Positions 9,377-19,370 of a DNA stretch of 64,000 bases are shown here, piece after piece. Position 1 is the stretch's first letter, and each line of letters begins with the position of its first letter. The notes beneath the pieces are model-generated. The model had not been told where the DNA came from, searched no databases, and saw only the letters and a list, made by a program, of their open reading frames with translations. The translations under genes and the position numbers were made by a program. The stretch is from a virus, in the IMG/VR virus record IMGVR_UViG_3300017971_000273, one strand, 5' to 3'.

Positions 9377-10786
9377 ATGATAATGTTCGAAAAGTTATTC
9401 CAAGCGTTTGAGGATGGTGGATATAAACTCTACCATGTTGGTGGTTCTGTAAGAGACATCATGCTTGGGAGAGAGCCCAAGGATTATGACTTCACAACAG
9501 ACGCAAGACCACCACAAACCAAAGAGATACTTGATAAAGCAGGATATAAACACTGGCCTTTAGGCGAGAAATTCGGCACGATTGCGGCCAAATTTGATGG
9601 GATGGATGTGGAAATCACCACTCATCGCAAAGACATGACGCCTGGGCGTCACCCCGATGTGGTCTTCACGGACAATCTGGAAGAAGACCTGGCGAGAAGA
9701 GACTTCACAATTAATTCAATGGCCATGGACGCCAAGGGCAAAGTTGTTGATCCCTTTGGTGGCCTCAAAGACATCGGCAGAAGATTGGTCAAAGCTACGG
9801 GCTCTCCCAAAGCAAGGTTTGGTGAAGACCCGTTGAGGATGCTACGGGCAGTGAGGTTCTGCTCCCAGCTTGATTTTGACATGGAAGATAGAACTTTGAG
9901 TGCCATTAAGGAATATGCTCAAGCCATTATGACCGTAAGCAGGGAGAGGTGGTTTGATGAGATGAGCAAGCTTCTGCTGGGCAACATCAACAAGGGATTT
10001 GCTCTTCTTTATGCCTCACGACTGCTTGGATACTTGCTGCCTGAAGTGTATGCGATGACGCTTAATGATCCTCAGGCCAAAGTTGCGAGTAAAAACCTAT
10101 CCCGGCACACGATGCTTGTGACCGCTGGAACGCCCGCAAGGCTGGCCCTTAGATGGGCTGCTATTCTACACGACATCGGCAAGCCCTACACCAGGTTTGA
10201 GGATGTTAACGAAGTTCATTTCTGGCAGCACGAATATCTTGGTGCTGAGATGGTGGAAGGTATAGCCAGAAGATATAGAATGTCTAACAAGCTTCGGCGT
10301 TCTATTAAGGGTCTTGTGGCCTTGCACCAAAGAGTAGGCGATGTAGTGAGCAGAAGATATGACCCACCGGTAAGCGAGAATGCGCTGCGGAGGCTGATTA
10401 GAGACTGTGATGAAAGAGGCTGCGACATTGATGACTTAATCGACCTCTTCTCCGCAGACTGCACCTCTAACAAGCCTAATATCAAAGAGAGACATGGTGC
10501 TCACAGCAGGCTTCTCAAGGAAGCCCTTGAAGCTATTAGAGAAAAGGATGCGCGTCCCAGGTTGCCCAAGGGCATTGGAAACGCCATCATGGATAGGTTC
10601 CATCTTGAACCTGGGGCGAAGGTTGGCGAGATTAAAAAGATACTCGATGGGCTTTTGCTGGAGAATAAGATTAGCGCAGACATGACCCCAGAACAAATCA
10701 TTGAGTTCTGGATAAAGTATTCCCAGCCTAAATTAGATAAGGATCCAAAACAATGGCGTTGCTTGGTTGGAAAAGAAAAGCCGTGA
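9377..10786 (+). CDS. CCA tRNA nucleotidyltransferase / poly(A) polymerase family with HD domain
   Basis: VGGSVRD, DYDFTT, RRDFTINSMA, EDPLRMLRAVRF, LHDIGKP, HEYLGA. Confidence 0.9.
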   Translation: MIMFEKLFQAFEDGGYKLYHVGGSVRDIMLGREPKDYDFTTDARPPQTKEILDKAGYKHWPLGEKFGTIAAKFDGMDVEITTHRKDMTPGRHPDVVFTDNLEEDLARRDFTINSMAMDAKGKVVDPFGGLKDIGRRLVKATGSPKARFGEDPLRMLRAVRFCSQLDFDMEDRTLSAIKEYAQAIMTVSRERWFDEMSKLLLGNINKGFALLYASRLLGYLLPEVYAMTLNDPQAKVASKNLSRHTMLVTAGTPARLALRWAAILHDIGKPYTRFEDVNEVHFWQHEYLGAEMVEGIARRYRMSNKLRRSIKGLVALHQRVGDVVSRRYDPPVSENALRRLIRDCDERGCDIDDLIDLFSADCTSNKPNIKERHGAHSRLLKEALEAIREKDARPRLPKGIGNAIMDRFHLEPGAKVGEIKKILDGLLLENKISADMTPEQIIEFWIKYSQPKLDKDPKQWRCLVGKEKP

Positions 10787-10916
10787 GGATTGAGTCTGAA
10801 GAGCCCGAAAGAACCTTAGATCAAAAGCTATTTGATTTGAGATGTACTATATTTGATTATGTTGAGTGGCCGTTCCGCGTGGCTGGAACAGTCTACGATT
10901 TCATAAGGAGGAACAT

Positions 10917-12026
10917 ATGGAATTCGTAATACTTGGAGGTTCTGGAATCCAGGGCCAAGCCATAACCAAATATCTTTACGAGGAAACTAAAGATAAGATG
11001 GTTGTATTGGATCCAAAGCCGCCGCCTGAGCACATAGTAGAAATGTGTGGCGATAGGTTGGAGCACAAAGAGAATGGCTTTTCCTATTCCTTTATGCCCA
11101 AGACAAAAGAAGAAGAGCAACTCATTGTTATTAGCTGCTTGCCTACAGAGGAAAACCTGAGAATTATGAAGTATTGCTTGGATGAATCGGCTAAGGGATA
11201 TGTTCATCATTTCATCGACCTGGGTGGAAGCACTGAGGTCGCTTTGAAGCAGTCGGAACTACATGATAAGGCAGCGAAAGTTGGCTCCATAAACGTTCTT
11301 GAGGCTGGCCTAGCCCCAGGTATTATTTCTCCTATGGCTGCCGACATAGCTAAAGACGACGGCGTGATTGGTATTAGGATTTATTGTGCTGGGCTTGTGA
11401 AATATCCAGAAGCTCCGCATTATCACGGTAAAACTTTCTATACCGGCGGCATGATTAAAGAATATCTGGGCATAGCAAGGGAGATTGTGAATGGAGAAGT
11501 CCGTAATTATCCGGCCCTCTCAGGTGAAGAAGATGTGTTTGTCCCAGGCTTGGGACTACTCAGAGCCCGTCGCACGTCAGGTGGTTTATCAATACTGCCT
11601 TATGGACTCAATATCCAGAACCTTGCCTATAAGACATTACGTTTCCCAGGTCATTGGGAGTTCGTCCAAAACCATATTCTCAATCAACAGGATCCAGTCT
11701 ACGTGTTGGACAGCGTTTTGCCGGAAATTAATGCGGACAATCCGGACGTGGTTACCCTATGTTTCCACATAGATTACGAAGATGGCGATGAGATAATTGA
11801 GAGATACTTTTTTGAGTATGATTACGAATATGATCTTCCAGCTATGGCCCAGGCAACTGGATATGTGGTGGGCGCCGTGGCTACGATGATTAAGGATGGT
11901 CTTGTTCCGCCTGGCGTTAATGCTATGCATGAGCTTGATGCTGGGGAACTTTGTGAAAGAGCGCAGTTAGACAGGGGTTGTTTCTCAAACCAACCCATCA
12001 TTTATGAGCCCGAAGAGGAGGAATAA
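10917..12026 (+). CDS. saccharopine dehydrogenase-like NAD(P)-dependent oxidoreductase
   Basis: AAGGAGG SD; ILGGSGIQG Rossmann motif, FIDLGG, AGLAPG, YKTLRFPGH, AMAQATGY. Confidence 0.8.
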   Translation: MEFVILGGSGIQGQAITKYLYEETKDKMVVLDPKPPPEHIVEMCGDRLEHKENGFSYSFMPKTKEEEQLIVISCLPTEENLRIMKYCLDESAKGYVHHFIDLGGSTEVALKQSELHDKAAKVGSINVLEAGLAPGIISPMAADIAKDDGVIGIRIYCAGLVKYPEAPHYHGKTFYTGGMIKEYLGIAREIVNGEVRNYPALSGEEDVFVPGLGLLRARRTSGGLSILPYGLNIQNLAYKTLRFPGHWEFVQNHILNQQDPVYVLDSVLPEINADNPDVVTLCFHIDYEDGDEIIERYFFEYDYEYDLPAMAQATGYVVGAVATMIKDGLVPPGVNAMHELDAGELCERAQLDRGCFSNQPIIYEPEEEE

Positions 12027-12392
12027 ATGGTCCCCAAAACGGGTGATGTCGTGAGAATGACTGAAGAATACATAAGACACGACTCCAATTTTGAAAACAT
12101 TAAAGGTAGAAAACTAGAAGTAATGAAGGTTACTCTTGACGGCATTAGCCATAACGGCCCCTCCTATGTTGTGTATTTTACCGGGGAAGGTTATTTGCGA
12201 AAGATCATAATCGACAAGGATGGCCAGCGCGATGGGTTTGCCGTTTTTGAATTAGTAGAGGCAGAAGGCTATAGCCCAACCAGAAACGAATCAAGCGAGG
12301 ATGATGTTTGTGGAAATTGTGGGGCCATGGGGGAGGTGAAAGGAATGTGTTGTATGTGCCCAAGTTGCGGCAGCTTGATTTGGGGGATATAA
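12027..12392 (+). CDS. hypothetical protein with C-terminal Cys4 zinc ribbon (paralog A)
   Basis: CGNCGAMGEVKGMCCMCPSCGSLIWGI*. Confidence 0.7.
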   Translation: MVPKTGDVVRMTEEYIRHDSNFENIKGRKLEVMKVTLDGISHNGPSYVVYFTGEGYLRKIIIDKDGQRDGFAVFELVEAEGYSPTRNESSEDDVCGNCGAMGEVKGMCCMCPSCGSLIWGI

Positions 12393-12793
12393 TGTTCGCA
12401 GTTGGCAGCAAGGTGAAGATGAGCGAGGCTTTTGTGTTGTGGTGTAAAGAGATGGCCAAGCATCCACTCCCCAACAAGTTTCTGATAAAGTGGGTGACTT
12501 GGGAAAATAGGGTTTTAGACGTTCTATCTGCGGATTTTAATCAATACGATTCAAACTATTTAGATGTAGTGACTAGACTTGAATATACTGACGAAGATCC
12601 GTTAGTTATTTCGGTACACAAGGATGACTTCTCATTCTGCAATGATAAGACGATAATTCCGTTTGTTTTGGCAAACGGAGTGAAACTATCTAATAATAGA
12701 GAAGACCGCTGTAAAGAGTGCGGAGCGCCTGGAAAGATAATCCGTATGGCTTGTATTTGTAGCAAATGTGGCCAGCTTGTTTGGGGCATATAA
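12392..12793 (+). CDS. hypothetical protein with C-terminal Cys4 zinc ribbon (paralog B)
   Basis: TAATG coupling; CKECGAPGKIIRMACICSKCGQLVWGI*. Confidence 0.7.
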   Translation: MFAVGSKVKMSEAFVLWCKEMAKHPLPNKFLIKWVTWENRVLDVLSADFNQYDSNYLDVVTRLEYTDEDPLVISVHKDDFSFCNDKTIIPFVLANGVKLSNNREDRCKECGAPGKIIRMACICSKCGQLVWGI

Positions 12794-12802
12794 AGGAGAA
12801 AC

Positions 12803-13246
12803 ATGCCGAGCAAAAAAATAAAGCGCGACGAAAAGGGACATCCAATACTGCCTGGAGCCAAGACCTACGGCGAGCTGGTTAAGCCCAAGGGTGGTAAAAC
12901 TGCCACGGGGAATAGGCACAAGGATGCCTCCGATCATCGGCTTATCGTTCTCTTAAGAATCGGCAGAGAAGCGGACAGACTTTCTCGCGCCGAGAAGCCC
13001 ATAAACCCAAAAGATAAAGACAATGTGGAGTTCCAAAACAAACTGGCCAGATCTCCCAAGATTGTTCAGTTCGCATATCACAAGGCCAGAAGAGATAAGC
13101 TCCTGAAAGAACTGAAAGAATTGGACGAGGGAGACAATAAGCTCAAGAAAAGCATAATGATGGGGATCGTTGAGAAGGAGCTACAGGAAGCCGAGAAGCT
13201 CCTTGAGGAACTCTATGAAGAGATCAAGGCGGGAGATGAGGGATGA
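12803..13246 (+). CDS. basic hypothetical protein with coiled-coil C-terminus
   Basis: AAGGAG SD; 147 aa. Confidence 0.7.
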   Translation: MPSKKIKRDEKGHPILPGAKTYGELVKPKGGKTATGNRHKDASDHRLIVLLRIGREADRLSRAEKPINPKDKDNVEFQNKLARSPKIVQFAYHKARRDKLLKELKELDEGDNKLKKSIMMGIVEKELQEAEKLLEELYEEIKAGDEG

Positions 13247-13446
13247 AAATAGAAAAGATGATCAACATCAAGTTTACCGAACATGAGATTAAAGAGGCTA
13301 TATTGAATTGGTTGGAAAAGAACATAAGCCAGACTTATTATAATCATGTTAGAGACAACCTTAATGATTCTTGTACGGATACTGAGGACGGCCAGATTGT
13401 TCTTGTCGTAAATGGAGCCATGAAGGAGGATCCAAATGATTCTTGA
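13243..13446 (+). CDS. hypothetical protein
   Basis: coupled ORF, 67 aa. Confidence 0.55.
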   Translation: MKIEKMINIKFTEHEIKEAILNWLEKNISQTYYNHVRDNLNDSCTDTEDGQIVLVVNGAMKEDPNDS

Positions 13447-14344
13447 TTACGAAAAGCTCGTTGAAGAGATAGTTTGGTATATGAGAAAGCAGGCCAACGA
13501 AGCTCATACAGACAAAGCTGAGATTGATATTTCTGGTGGCGTTGATAGTGCCGTTGTGGCTGCTCTGGCTTGTAGGGCTTTTGGCTCCGAAAATGTAATC
13601 GGGGTTTATAGCGATGTTAATTCTTCCCCCGAGTCTCTTAGACGAGCCAGATTGGTTGCTAAGACTTTTGGATTCAATTTCATAGAGCTACACCTGGCTC
13701 CCGTGTTCTTTACGGTTCGTGCCCAAATTAGGCGAGAGTTTGAGCGTCTTGGGCTCCCTTGGCCTGATGAAAATGAGAACCCAACAACTTACGGCAGCTT
13801 TAGAAGTTGTATCAGGGCGCCCGTTGGGCGCTTCGTGAATAGGTTGTTTGGCGGAGGGATTAGACAAGGAACAGGAAACAGGGATGAAGATCAGTATGTT
13901 CGGTTTTACCAAAAGGGAGGCGATGGAGAAGTCGATTCTAATTGGATTGGTTCCTTGTTTAAGAGCGAAGTATGGGAATTGGCGGAACATCTGGGCGTCC
14001 CAGAGGAGATCATCAATGCCGTTCCTACTCCAGATCTTTGGGGAGTTGGTGAGGAACACAACGACGAAGAAGAGTTAGAAGATCTCTGTGGAGTTCCACT
14101 AACTTACACTCGCCCAGGTCAAGAAGAGATGGGAACTATTGAGTGGTGCAGCAGAGAGGATGAAGATTTTGGCTTGATTCGGGGTTTGGCGGAAGATACT
14201 GACCCCGAGGAGTTCGGCTATACGGAAGAGCAGTGTAAAGTTGTTAGGGCCATGAGGAAAATGGAGAAAGCCACTCGTCATAAGGCTGAGCCGCCCCCAG
14301 AAATCCCACGAGATTACTTGAAGAGAAAAGGTCTGGTGGTATGA
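13436..14344 (+). CDS. nadE: NH3-dependent NAD+ synthetase
   Basis: ISGGVDSAVVAAL PP-loop, GTGNRDE, FYQKGGDG, IGSLFKSEVWELAEHLGVPEEII, PTPDLW; no glutaminase domain. Confidence 0.9.
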   Translation: MILDYEKLVEEIVWYMRKQANEAHTDKAEIDISGGVDSAVVAALACRAFGSENVIGVYSDVNSSPESLRRARLVAKTFGFNFIELHLAPVFFTVRAQIRREFERLGLPWPDENENPTTYGSFRSCIRAPVGRFVNRLFGGGIRQGTGNRDEDQYVRFYQKGGDGEVDSNWIGSLFKSEVWELAEHLGVPEEIINAVPTPDLWGVGEEHNDEEELEDLCGVPLTYTRPGQEEMGTIEWCSREDEDFGLIRGLAEDTDPEEFGYTEEQCKVVRAMRKMEKATRHKAEPPPEIPRDYLKRKGLVV

Positions 14345-15702
14345 TGTTTGAGCGCGACAAAGAATCGACAATAGAATATAGGCGCGACAAGAGAAAGATC
14401 AAGGAGAAGATCAGAAAGGCCATAGCCGTTGGTAGAGCTGGCTTTGAGATATATTTGGCCATCAAGAAGAAGGATCTTATATATGCGGGCATGAGTTTGG
14501 CCAGCACTTACGATGCTCTTGAAAAGATCTTTGAAAAAGAGGAGAAGGATCTTTTGTCCAGACTGCGCGATACTGGTCTGAAGCCCATCCTTTATAGGAT
14601 GGAACGCCTTGTTTATTATGCTCTACAAGAGATTGACTATCCTTACTCCACTCCTTTCGTTAAGAAAGAAGAGGGCAGTGATATTAGAACTGTTCTTTAT
14701 GAGTTGCCTGGTTGTGATGCCTATTTTGCTATTGAAAATGGGTCTTTAGAAGGGATGTGGGCAGAGGACGAGGATAAGTTTATTGATGCCTTCTCGAAAG
14801 TCGTTCGAGAAAACATGGGCCAAAACATCTCGGTTGTTATGGGCATAGAGGGTTGGAACACATTCATCCGCATTAGAGAGATAGAGATTCCGCTGGATAC
14901 ATACGTTTCTACTTTCGATGAGGGAAAGTTCTTCGATAATATCAAGAGGTTCCAGAAGATGAATCTCAATCGATCTTCCCTACTTTTTGGTCCGCCCGGT
15001 TGTGGAAAGACGACTCTGGCCGCTAAAATAGCCAGTATGCTCGATGGCCAGCTTATAGTGATAGATGCTCCTGCTCTCAACTTTGCGTCGGAGTATTCTC
15101 TTCCCTTGGAGAAGATCTTTAGGGCTCTTTCTCCGAGCGTCGTTTTGTTTGATGATATGGATAGGATTGGAGAGCAGGGATTAGATATGCTGCTGGGCAC
15201 TGTCGAAGCGCTCAACAGATATAAGGGAAGTGGCAACGTAGTAATCATGGGCGCCGTGAATCATCTGGGCGAGTTGCCCGAGCCGATGAGGCGCCCTGGA
15301 AGATTCGATGAGATCATCATGTTTGATTTTCCCAATGTTGAACAGCGCAGAGCGATAGTCAAAGCCTACCTTGATTCTTTCGAGATGCGCCTGGCCAATG
15401 CTTATCTTGATGAAGTTGCTGAAATTACTGAAGGTATGACGCCTGCTTATTTGAGAGAAGTGGCTCTCCAGATTACTGTTAGACAGTATGGTGAAATCAA
15501 GGAGGCGATTACCGAGGGTAAGTTTGAGGAATTGAAAGAGGTTGTGGAGCACATGAAGACGATGGCTGGTGTGTGCAATGAAGAGGAGGGTGATGAGCCC
15601 GTAAGCCCAGATGGCCCACAACTGGTAAGCAAAACAGCGAGGAGACTCAAAAGAAGAAAAAGGGGCAACGGCAGGCCAAAAGAAACAGTTTCAACTGGTT
15701 AG
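14341..15702 (+). CDS. AAA+ ATPase
   Basis: Walker A GPPGCGKTT, Walker B VVLFDD, SRH RRPGRFD. Confidence 0.9.
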   Translation: MMFERDKESTIEYRRDKRKIKEKIRKAIAVGRAGFEIYLAIKKKDLIYAGMSLASTYDALEKIFEKEEKDLLSRLRDTGLKPILYRMERLVYYALQEIDYPYSTPFVKKEEGSDIRTVLYELPGCDAYFAIENGSLEGMWAEDEDKFIDAFSKVVRENMGQNISVVMGIEGWNTFIRIREIEIPLDTYVSTFDEGKFFDNIKRFQKMNLNRSSLLFGPPGCGKTTLAAKIASMLDGQLIVIDAPALNFASEYSLPLEKIFRALSPSVVLFDDMDRIGEQGLDMLLGTVEALNRYKGSGNVVIMGAVNHLGELPEPMRRPGRFDEIIMFDFPNVEQRRAIVKAYLDSFEMRLANAYLDEVAEITEGMTPAYLREVALQITVRQYGEIKEAITEGKFEELKEVVEHMKTMAGVCNEEEGDEPVSPDGPQLVSKTARRLKRRKRGNGRPKETVSTG

Positions 15703-15714
15703 GAGAAGGCACCT

Positions 15715-16038
15715 ATGGAAAAATTAAAGATTATTTTTGATATTCTCAGAGATTTTTATAAAGGCAACACCATGCGTCTTGTTATTATGGTAGTTGTAGC
15801 AGCACTGGTAGTTGTTAATGCGGCAAATGGGTTTAGAGGCACTATGAGTGACTTCGGTGCGGGAATTGGCTGGGTGTTTGGTGGCATTCTGTTTTTTCTT
15901 AACGAACTTACCTTAGCCTCTACAGCTAAGGTTAGGGAGATGTTTGCAGCCTTACAAGCGGGCACCGAAGTGTTGGTTAAAGAAAATGAGAAGTTGCGAG
16001 GCCAGCTAAAGGAACAGGCTGAAGATGAAGGGGTTTGA
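15715..16038 (+). CDS. membrane protein with C-terminal coiled coil
   Basis: two TM helices. Confidence 0.6.
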   Translation: MEKLKIIFDILRDFYKGNTMRLVIMVVVAALVVVNAANGFRGTMSDFGAGIGWVFGGILFFLNELTLASTAKVREMFAALQAGTEVLVKENEKLRGQLKEQAEDEGV

Positions 16039-16858
16039 GATTGCTGCCGGTTCTGTGATCGGCAAAGACCACTTGCGGCTCAACAAGAATAACCACGACG
16101 CCTACAATGTTGTCCATAGACCAGACAGTATAGTTGCTGTAGTTTGTGATGGTTGTGGAAGCGGTGCTCACAGCGAAGTGGGAGCTAAGATTGCAGCATA
16201 TATGTTGCCCCACCAGCTTAGACTTATTGCGGATATTGGAGACCTCGACAAAACGGAAGTGACGGGGCTCGTGGAATTGAACGTCAATATCACCGACTTG
16301 GCCGTGAAAATGATCTGGGGGACAGGAAAAGTTGAGGAGAAATTGGTCGGGGTTGTTAAAGACTATTTCCTATTCACCTGTATGGTGGCCATCATTACTA
16401 AGTATTGGGTTGCTATTGCGTCCATTGGTGATGGTGTGTATGCCCTAAACGGAGAGGTCAAAACTATTGGCCCCTTTCCCAATAATGCCCCACCCTATTC
16501 CTCATACGGTATTGTTCCGCAGGCGGTTGATGAACGGTTTAGGAACCCCAAGTTTCAAGTTAATGAGATAATCCTTGCTGAAAATTTCCAGAGCTTAGTG
16601 ATTGGGACAGATGGGCTTGATGACTTTCAGGCTGCCGAGAATAAGAGTATCCCAGGCAAAGATGAGTTGGTTGGGCCACTTAGCCAGTTCTGGACAAAGG
16701 ACAAATACTTCACCAACAAAATGGCTTTACAAAGGCGCCTGGTCAGGATAAATAAAGAAGTGGTGAAGGTAGTTGATGGCGTGGCTACTCGTCAGCATGG
16801 ACACCTGAAGGATGATACAACCGTGGTTGCTATAAGACGGAAAGATGAAAATAGATAA
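16025..16858 (+). CDS. PP2C-family protein phosphatase (YegK/TerY-P type)
   Basis: GKDH...NNHDA, VVCDGCGSG, SIGDG, GTDG, DDTTVV. Confidence 0.88.
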   Translation: MKGFEIAAGSVIGKDHLRLNKNNHDAYNVVHRPDSIVAVVCDGCGSGAHSEVGAKIAAYMLPHQLRLIADIGDLDKTEVTGLVELNVNITDLAVKMIWGTGKVEEKLVGVVKDYFLFTCMVAIITKYWVAIASIGDGVYALNGEVKTIGPFPNNAPPYSSYGIVPQAVDERFRNPKFQVNEIILAENFQSLVIGTDGLDDFQAAENKSIPGKDELVGPLSQFWTKDKYFTNKMALQRRLVRINKEVVKVVDGVATRQHGHLKDDTTVVAIRRKDENR

Positions 16859-17502
16859 TAGTAATAACCACCGGCATCGCCATAAACTCTGGGTTCAGTT
16901 TGCATTTCAGTTTGAGTCGCATCCCCTATACCATCTTGGTGATTTATTTGTGCATGCGCTTCGTCCAAGAGATTTTTGTTGGGGCTACTCATGGTGATAA
17001 TTCCAATTTGGGCCGATCACAGGCGAAAATGGCTAAGTGAGAAACAAGTGAGTGCCGCCACATATAATATGGGCAACTTCCTGTTGAACTATATTAGACC
17101 AAGCATAGTTCTTGCTGGACACAAACTACTTGTGGGGACATTAGGTGGATGGGGATTAAGCAGGTGGGGAAATGATTGAGCCAATTCGTTCTGCGTCAAA
17201 AAGGACCCTTAACTTTTGGCGTCTCCTCACTGGTTTGTTTTTCAACAACCTAAATGAGCTTTGGACCTTTGACGATGAGGACGACACTTTGCTAGGTCTG
17301 GTGTCTTGGGGTTTGAGAAAATGGCTAAAGTGATTAAACTGGTTTATACTTCAGACTTACGAGTGTCCATTGCTCCTCATGTCGGGGCTGTATCCCCGGC
17401 AATATTCTGGATGGGTGTTAATTTTGCCAGAAATAGGTCTGATTTGGGCCAGAATCTTATGTTTAAGACTCTGTTTCTTACCTTGTCTCAAGGAAGGGTT
17501 GC

Positions 17503-19359
17503 ATGATAGTATATCTGAACGGCAAGCAGTATCGTCTTAATCCCGCCGATTCAATCGGCAAGGGTGGCGAGGCAGATATTTTCGCCAAGGGCAACATGGC
17601 CTTCAAGGTTTTCAAACAGCCCAACCACCCAGATTTCCGAGGCTTCCCCCATGAACAACAAGCGGCCAAGATAAGAATAGCCGAGCACCAAACGAAGCTT
17701 CCCGCGTTTCCCAAGAATCTGCCGGGCAGGGTCGTAGCTCCCCATGGCATACTCACCAACAAAAACGGCAAAGAAGTAGTTGGCTATGTGATGCCCTTTC
17801 TTAAAGGCTGCGAAGTTCTCCTGAAGTATTCTGATCGCTCATACAGACAAGCGGGCGTGAGCAACGAAGATGTTATTGAAGTCTTCAAGGATCTTCACGC
17901 CACGGTTAAAGGGATCCATAGGGCTGGAGCAATCATAGGGGACTTCAATGACCTTAACATAATGATAAAGGGCGATGAAGCTCACATAATTGATGCGGAT
18001 AGTTTCCAGTATGGAGGCTTTCTCTGTCATCTTTTCACAGAAAGATTTGTGGATCCGCTACTTTGCGACCCAAATGAAACCAGGCCAATTCTAACCAGGA
18101 GCCACAACGAGGGATCTGATTGGTATGCTTACGCCATTATGCTCATGCAGAGCTTACTTTATGTTGGCCCGTATGGTGGAATCTACAAGCCAAAAGACAA
18201 ATCAAAGAGAGTTAAGCAGGGCGAGAGACCGCTGAAGAGAATCACGGTATTTAATTCAGAGGTTAAGTATCCTAAGCCCGCGACTCATTATGATGTCCTA
18301 CCAGATGATATGCTTCAGCACTTTCATCTGCTATTTCAAGAGGACAAGAGAGGCGAGTATCCAGAGAACCTACTGGATATAAGATGGACAACTTGTATTA
18401 AATGCGGGACAATTCACGCGAAGCGTGTGTGTCCTGGCTGTGCAACTTATTCTCCCATGGCAGTTGTGGAAACAATCAGGGGCAATATCAAGTGCGTTCG
18501 TGTGTTTCAGACGCCTGGCCTCATCATCTACTCCACCGTTCAAAATGATAAGCTGAGATATTTGTATCACAAAGATAATAGATTCATTAGGGAAAATGAA
18601 GTAGAAGTGGTAAAGGGCTCGTTGAGCCCCACGATGAGATTTAGAATCAAGGGCAAGGAAACGTTGATTGGTAGTAATGGTCAGTTTGTTTCCATAGTTC
18701 CCGGCGGCCAGCCAAGCAAGGTTGCTGTGGATAGCCTCAATATGCTTACGCTTTTTGATTCAAATGGGAATCATAAATATTGGTCTTATGATGGTCAATT
18801 GTTTAGAGATGAAAGGGTTGGGCCAAAATACATAGGAGATGTGCTTAGAGGACAAACACTCTTTTGGGTTGGCCCCAAGTTTGGTTTCGGTTTTTACCGA
18901 GCGGGTAATATTAATGTTGGTTTTCTATTCAACGCCGATAAAGGAGGAATCAACGATACGGTGAAGATGCCTATAATTCCAGGGCAGTTGATTGATGCCA
19001 CCTGCTATTTTGCTGGTGACTGGGCATGGTTTTTCTATTCAACAAGGGAGAAAGGCCAAACGATTAACAGGTGTGTTATTATCAAATCCGACGGTAGAGT
19101 TGGAGATTCGGCAATAGGTATAGAAGGCGATGGAACTTGGCTGGGTAGGATTCGTGGTAAGGCTGCCGCTGGGAACTTCTTGTTTGCCGCCACAGATGAC
19201 GGCATTGTTAGAGTTGAACCAGGCGGCGGGATGCTGGATGTTGCTAAAGAGTTTCCTGATACTGAGCCGTTTGTTGATTCAGGCTGCCACCTTCTAGTTT
19301 CCAAAAATGGCCTATATGTTGTGTCCAAACACGAGATTAGGCTGCTTACGATTTCATAA
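17503..19359 (+). CDS. Ser/Thr kinase (YegI/TerY-P type) with zinc finger and beta-rich C-terminal region
   Basis: IGKGGEADIF, AFKVF, IGDFNDLNIMI, IDADSFQ, SDWYAY; CIKC...CPGC. Confidence 0.85.
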   Translation: MIVYLNGKQYRLNPADSIGKGGEADIFAKGNMAFKVFKQPNHPDFRGFPHEQQAAKIRIAEHQTKLPAFPKNLPGRVVAPHGILTNKNGKEVVGYVMPFLKGCEVLLKYSDRSYRQAGVSNEDVIEVFKDLHATVKGIHRAGAIIGDFNDLNIMIKGDEAHIIDADSFQYGGFLCHLFTERFVDPLLCDPNETRPILTRSHNEGSDWYAYAIMLMQSLLYVGPYGGIYKPKDKSKRVKQGERPLKRITVFNSEVKYPKPATHYDVLPDDMLQHFHLLFQEDKRGEYPENLLDIRWTTCIKCGTIHAKRVCPGCATYSPMAVVETIRGNIKCVRVFQTPGLIIYSTVQNDKLRYLYHKDNRFIRENEVEVVKGSLSPTMRFRIKGKETLIGSNGQFVSIVPGGQPSKVAVDSLNMLTLFDSNGNHKYWSYDGQLFRDERVGPKYIGDVLRGQTLFWVGPKFGFGFYRAGNINVGFLFNADKGGINDTVKMPIIPGQLIDATCYFAGDWAWFFYSTREKGQTINRCVIIKSDGRVGDSAIGIEGDGTWLGRIRGKAAAGNFLFAATDDGIVRVEPGGGMLDVAKEFPDTEPFVDSGCHLLVSKNGLYVVSKHEIRLLTIS

Positions 19360-19370
19360 GGAGAAAACAA

